DNA of 64,000 nucleotides from Candidatus Omnitrophota bacterium (GTDB lineage Bacteria > Omnitrophota > Gorgyraeia > Zapsychrales > Zapsychraceae): positions 9,581-73,580 of the forward strand of contig JAJDCA010000065.1 of the NCBI GenBank assembly GCA_029261055.1. Direction: 5' to 3'. Below are positions 59,134 through 64,000 of the stretch, piece after piece; the stretch's first letter is position 1, and each line of letters begins with the position of its first letter. The notes beneath the pieces were generated by a model. That model saw only the letters and a program-made list of their open reading frames with translations. It was not told the origin of the DNA and searched no databases. The position numbers and the translations under genes were made by a program.

Positions 59134-60900
59134 TTAATTAAACGGCAATAACAAAAAAAATGTTATAAATAATGTCAAGAACATTACTCCAAAAACTTTC
59201 CAACTTCCAAAATTTTGCGCAAAATGATCAATGTGCTTCGATTGAGACGTTATCCTATGCCGCAACTCAATAAGGGACGTCGACAATTCTTCTTTTCTCT
59301 CATTGATAAACCGGACAAAGACCAAAATAGCAGATTGGCATAAGGTCAACACTCTTGTATAAACAGTTAACACATCGCCTTCCGGAATACAAAAAGAATT
59401 TTTCCATCGTCTTGTAAGTGCAACCCATGTTATGACACCTCCAACAACCAATGGCCAAAGAGCGCTCCACTTTAAAAAGGTGAACGTTTCTTTTCCCGGA
59501 AGCTTGATAAATTCCTGAACTTGCGTCAAAACAGGTAATAATCCAACCATGCCAAGCATTAAACCCCAAGATAAGTAAACTCCCAATTTGACTGAAACCT
59601 CTTTCTCCTTTTCAATCTTTTTTGGCCATACCAGCCAAAGAAAACGTGCCATGATAAATGTTGTTCCAATGGCCGCACCACTGATCAGCCATTTAACTAA
59701 ATAAGCCCACTGATAGTGATAACTCACACTACTCATAACATATTTTAACGATCCCTTAGCTAATGCTCCGCTAGTAAAGGGTGCTCCGATGATCGCAAGA
59801 GCTGGTAGAAGCAGACCAAAATTCCGTAAATACCTTAATAATGGGACAGAAATCTTTGTTGCAGCCGTACCGACACTCAAAAATAAAGCCCCTTTAGCCA
59901 AAGCATGATGGGCCGCATAGACCATTAAAACAGCCCAACAACCGGGCCATAAATCCGGCACTAGCAATCCTAATCCAACAATGATTGTCATCATTCCCAT
60001 TTGACTGATCGATGAATAAGCTAATACCGTCTTAGCATTGCTCTGCGTAAGTCCGACAAACACCCCGTAGAAAGCCGCCAACAAACCTAAGCCGATAACA
60101 AGAATTCCCCATTGAGGAAAAGCCGATTCTCCCAAAGGTAAAATACGTAACCAACCCAATAATCCCGCATTGATCATGGAACCACTTAAAATCGCACTGG
60201 CTGGAGTCGGCGCCACAGGATGTGCAAGCGGTAACCAAACATGAAACGGTAACGCGCCGGCCTTGATTCCAAAACCCAGCAAAGCCAGACCAATGATTAT
60301 GTCTCTCATCGGTGAGCCTACAATACTTGCGGGTAAATGCGAAAGATAAATATTTCCTGTTAAATGAACGGCCATAACCAAACTAGAAAAAATAAAGGCT
60401 TCTCCAAGAATAACTAAACAGATGTAAACCTTACCCGCATGATGAGCAGACTTTGTTTTAGAATGAACCACCAGCCCATAGGAGGCAAAACTCATTAACG
60501 CAAAAAAGAAATAAAAACTAATCACATCTTGCGCCAAAATCAATCCAATATTTCCACACATGGCAAACAAGTAATAGACAAAGAATCGGGACTTCTTATC
60601 TTTATCCGACAAATAAAAAACAGCGTACACGCCTGCTATTAACCAGATAAGTGCTGTAAAAAAAAGAAATACTTTAGCTGTAGCATCCATCCCAAACTGA
60701 GCATCCAGTAATAACCATGGAATACGAATCGAGCTGCCAGACTTGACGAATACAGCCATAAGAAACGCCGGCAATGCCATCCATGGAGCCAACAGCGTCA
60801 ATCCAGGGCGCCATCGTGGAACTAAAAAGGCACAAGCAACTAGTAAAGGAGCAAATACTAGGATAAGCCAAAATAATTTATTTGATAATAAAAATATCAT
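59134..60900 (-). CDS. MrpA/D-type (complex I subunit 5 family) antiporter subunit
   Basis: GFGIKAG..PFHVWLPLAHPVAP, LAYSSISQMG, HHALAKGALFL. Confidence 0.85.
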   Translation of the reverse strand: MIFLLSNKLFWLILVFAPLLVACAFLVPRWRPGLTLLAPWMALPAFLMAVFVKSGSSIRIPWLLLDAQFGMDATAKVFLFFTALIWLIAGVYAVFYLSDKDKKSRFFVYYLFAMCGNIGLILAQDVISFYFFFALMSFASYGLVVHSKTKSAHHAGKVYICLVILGEAFIFSSLVMAVHLTGNIYLSHLPASIVGSPMRDIIIGLALLGFGIKAGALPFHVWLPLAHPVAPTPASAILSGSMINAGLLGWLRILPLGESAFPQWGILVIGLGLLAAFYGVFVGLTQSNAKTVLAYSSISQMGMMTIIVGLGLLVPDLWPGCWAVLMVYAAHHALAKGALFLSVGTAATKISVPLLRYLRNFGLLLPALAIIGAPFTSGALAKGSLKYVMSSVSYHYQWAYLVKWLISGAAIGTTFIMARFLWLVWPKKIEKEKEVSVKLGVYLSWGLMLGMVGLLPVLTQVQEFIKLPGKETFTFLKWSALWPLVVGGVITWVALTRRWKNSFCIPEGDVLTVYTRVLTLCQSAILVFVRFINERKEELSTSLIELRHRITSQSKHIDHFAQNFGSWKVFGVMFLTLFITFFLLLPFN

Positions 60901-60921
60901 TTAAGATTCCTAAAAAATAAA

Positions 60922-62418
60922 TTAATGTCCATATTCTCGTAATGTAATCAATTTTACCCAACCCAAAGGACTAAAAGGCAACCCAGCAAATATACCCATT
61001 AATAACGTCAGCCCTGCTGTTACAAGAGGAGGATATAAAAGGTACCGACGATTCTGTGTCCATTTCGTGGTTAATCCTTGAAAACTTACCTCCTTTGAAT
61101 CTTTAAACCATGCCGCATAAATAATGGGCAAAAAATAAGCGGCATTGAGTAGGCTACTTAGTAAAAGGACAAGCACAATCCATAACTGACTCGATTGCAA
61201 CGCACCCATTCCCAAATACCATTTACTGATAAATCCTGCCATCGGCGGAACCCCAATCATTCCCAGGGCTGCTATTGTGAAAGCGCCCATCGTCCACGGC
61301 ATATGCCGCCCCACACCATTCATTTCACTTATGCGGCTAATGTTCATCCCTTCTGCCAAATTACCTGCGCAGAAAAACAATGTAATTTTCATAATCCCCT
61401 GATGCACAAGATGAACAATTCCACCGATGGTCGCTATGGGACCGATCGCGGCCACACCAAGGATGATATAAGAAACCTGGCTTACCGTGGAGTACGCTAA
61501 ACGCCGTTTTAAATCGTCTTGAAACAAAGCACGGATAGATCCGTAAATAATTGTAATAGCGGCCATTATGGCCAGCCCTTGTAAAATTTTTAATTGCTGA
61601 CAAAATTCAATACCATAAAGATCATATACAACGCGAATAATGCCGAAGGCACCCGCTTTAACCACGGCGACAGCATGAAGTAAAGCACTAACCGGAGCAG
61701 GCGCAACCATTGCTTTTGGCAGCCATCCATGTAACGGTACAAGGGCTGCCTTAACTCCAAACCCCAATATCAAAAGAAAAAAGATAATAATAATTTGTGG
61801 ATGATATTCGGTTGCCACACTCGAAAGAATGCCGCGCTCAGTAAAGTCTGCTGGACCTGCTAAAGAGCTTAACCAAACCATGGCAAAAAATAATACCGCA
61901 CCGCCCAATAATGTATACATCAGATACACTCGCCCGGCTTTTACAGCCTCTTTTGTTCCTTTATGAACAACCAGTGGATATGTTGTTAAAGTTAAAAATT
62001 CATAAAACACCAAAAGAGTAAATAAATTACCTGCTAACGCTATCCCGGTCGTGGCGCTAACACATAAACTGAAAAACCCAAAAAAACGACTTTGATTAGA
62101 AGTCCCTTTGAGATAACCAATGGCATAAATAGTCGTAAGTAACCACAGAATCGCTGAAAGACAAACAAATAATAAAGAAAGAGAATCGGCATTAAGAACA
62201 ATGTCAAACCCCAAAAATAACGGAAAACGGAATTCATAAACATGACCGTTAAAAACCCCCCACATAAGCAGACCTACCAAGAATATCTTCAAGACAGCAT
62301 TAAATATATTTAAAAAAGAACGTGTGGAATGATTTTCCTCACGAAGAAAGAAAATCGCAATACCTGTCAAAAAGGATGTCATCAAAATAAATAAGGGTAA
62401 CCAATTCGACATAATCAT
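60922..62418 (-). CDS. monovalent cation/H+ antiporter subunit D family protein
   Basis: FYEFLT, KAALVPLHGWLP.AMVAPAPVSALLHAVAVVKAG, LAYSTVSQ. Confidence 0.88.
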   Translation of the reverse strand: MIMSNWLPLFILMTSFLTGIAIFFLREENHSTRSFLNIFNAVLKIFLVGLLMWGVFNGHVYEFRFPLFLGFDIVLNADSLSLLFVCLSAILWLLTTIYAIGYLKGTSNQSRFFGFFSLCVSATTGIALAGNLFTLLVFYEFLTLTTYPLVVHKGTKEAVKAGRVYLMYTLLGGAVLFFAMVWLSSLAGPADFTERGILSSVATEYHPQIIIIFFLLILGFGVKAALVPLHGWLPKAMVAPAPVSALLHAVAVVKAGAFGIIRVVYDLYGIEFCQQLKILQGLAIMAAITIIYGSIRALFQDDLKRRLAYSTVSQVSYIILGVAAIGPIATIGGIVHLVHQGIMKITLFFCAGNLAEGMNISRISEMNGVGRHMPWTMGAFTIAALGMIGVPPMAGFISKWYLGMGALQSSQLWIVLVLLLSSLLNAAYFLPIIYAAWFKDSKEVSFQGLTTKWTQNRRYLLYPPLVTAGLTLLMGIFAGLPFSPLGWVKLITLREYGH

Positions 62419-63935
62419 TTAATAAAACCCTCCATAGACTGAAAAAACACCGGACTATCAATCTTTAATATTTCTAGGGGTATCGTCGCTGCTAAACCAA
62501 GTAATATCGCAAAAAAAGACATTGCCAAGGACGAAAGCTGCATTCGTAATGGAATGTGTAAGGCTTTTTCACCCGGATTGGCTGCCTTTAAAGTAATTTC
62601 CAAAACACGAAAAATGTAACATGCGGCTAATATACTCCCGGCAACAATCAAAAGAGCGTACCACCATTGTCCCGTTAACATAGCGGCTTTAAGAAGCATC
62701 CATTTCCCAATAAATCCTCCACTTGGCGGCAATCCCATCAGACTCATGCCCGCAAGAGCAAAAGCAAATACCCCTATTGGAAAACGCTGTGCCAACCCAC
62801 GAAAATCCTTAATGCGATCATGGCCCAATGCATACATGATTGATCCCGCCACCATAAAAGCTGCAGCCTTGGCGCAAGCATGGGAGATTGAAAAGTAAAT
62901 GCCTCCACCCCAGGCAAATCCCTGTCCAATTGAATTCCCAGCTAACAAAGGAAACAATAAAAACATGTAACCAATTTGAGCAACCGTGGAATAAGCCAGC
63001 ATCATTTTTAACCGCGATTGCCTAAGAGCCTGTAGGGCTCCCCCCAAAATGGCTATGGCTCCTAATACGCCTAATAACTGTCCAGCTACAGGCATAATGA
63101 CACCCGTAAAAGTCTCAAACCAAAGGCGGACAAGTAAATAAAAAGATCCCATGACAACTAAGCCTGAAAGTATTGCGCTTACCGGAGCAGGAGCATTGGC
63201 ATGGGCCGGGGGTAACCAAAAATGTATCGGAAAAAGAGCTGTTTTGATAATGAGTCCCAAAGTCATAAGTGTTATTGCAACAGTAGAAATCATTCCCGGA
63301 CGAATCACTGTTTCCAGTAATCCTAAATCCAGTACACCATAAGCACTGTACAAAAAACCTACGCCAAACAAATAAACCAGCGAACCTAAAAGTGTCAGAA
63401 AAAAGTATCGTGTCGCCGACAAAAGAGCATCAACCGACCCCTTGAGTGCAACTAAAGCAATCGCCGAAAAGCTCACGATTTCCAAGGCAACATAAATGTT
63501 AAAAATATCCGATGACAAAAACAGAACATTTAGCCCTCCCCAAGCAAAAAACCATAATGGCCAAAAATAAGTTCCCATTTTGGCATAATGTTTATTTTTT
63601 TCTTTTTTCAAACCTTTTCGATCTTTAAAATATCCAAAAGCATACATACTGATGCATGTCCCTACAATAGCCGTGAATCCCAGCATAAGGACACTCAACC
63701 CGTCAAGATGAATATCAATGCCTAATGGGCTAGACCACCCTCCTATGGCATATCGAGACGGCCCCGACTGAAATACGCTTACTCCCAAATTCAATGTTAA
63801 GATTGTTAAAATAAATGCCGTCACAACACCAATTAATGTCCCTATCCGGCGTCCCGCCATAAAACACAAAACACCGGATAAAAAAGGAAGCATAATGGTC
63901 CACACGCTCGCATGAGAGGCAATAATTTGTGTCAT
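62415..63935 (-). CDS. monovalent cation/H+ antiporter subunit D family protein
   Basis: DIFNIYVALE, KTALFPIHFWLPPAHANAP, LAYSTVAQIG. Confidence 0.88.
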   Translation of the reverse strand: MTQIIASHASVWTIMLPFLSGVLCFMAGRRIGTLIGVVTAFILTILTLNLGVSVFQSGPSRYAIGGWSSPLGIDIHLDGLSVLMLGFTAIVGTCISMYAFGYFKDRKGLKKEKNKHYAKMGTYFWPLWFFAWGGLNVLFLSSDIFNIYVALEIVSFSAIALVALKGSVDALLSATRYFFLTLLGSLVYLFGVGFLYSAYGVLDLGLLETVIRPGMISTVAITLMTLGLIIKTALFPIHFWLPPAHANAPAPVSAILSGLVVMGSFYLLVRLWFETFTGVIMPVAGQLLGVLGAIAILGGALQALRQSRLKMMLAYSTVAQIGYMFLLFPLLAGNSIGQGFAWGGGIYFSISHACAKAAAFMVAGSIMYALGHDRIKDFRGLAQRFPIGVFAFALAGMSLMGLPPSGGFIGKWMLLKAAMLTGQWWYALLIVAGSILAACYIFRVLEITLKAANPGEKALHIPLRMQLSSLAMSFFAILLGLAATIPLEILKIDSPVFFQSMEGFIK

Positions 63936-64000
63936 AGTTTCGCACCTCTATCATCATTATGAATTGCTTCAAAACTAGTATGCCCTGTTGCCGCATGTAA
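63932..64000 (-). CDS. 3' end of an upstream gene, probably MrpC
   Basis: Open frame ...LHAATGHTSFEAIHNDDRGAKL* overlapping the next start (ATGA); identity inferred from operon order only. Confidence 0.4.
   Translation of the reverse strand, partial: LHAATGHTSFEAIHNDDRGAKL

Overview
A 64-kb AT-rich bacterial chromosomal window. Most genes lie on the minus strand. Gene content suggests a PVC-superphylum organism such as Ca. Omnitrophota (inference only). It is mostly housekeeping: partial glgC, a CsoR-regulated cusCBA-type efflux operon, a ZIP transporter, ABC-F, ispG/ispH, murB, rlmN, accA, comM, an ECF sigma/anti-sigma/DUF3106 locus, ttcA, purU, a Nfu-Rrf2-sufBCDSU cluster, sulfite reductase, lhgO, two CDGSH proteins, metXW, nadA, miaB, cydAB, purC and part of an Mrp-type antiporter operon. 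I found no rRNA, tRNA, CRISPR array, integrase or transposase. The most striking signal is in the two ORF6N-domain paralogues flanking comM. Each carries a 31-nt in-frame palindrome at the same codon position, and the copies differ by compensatory base-pair swaps that recode the protein (NLKCHFGTSS vs NLKSQFVTSS). Other notable items are a His-less pseudo-histidine kinase, a self-consistent ECF promoter motif, an exported anti-sigma-tail look-alike, two copies of a bipartite 7-8-mer repeat element, several REP-like hairpins, and local G/C-skew inversions at gene junctions.
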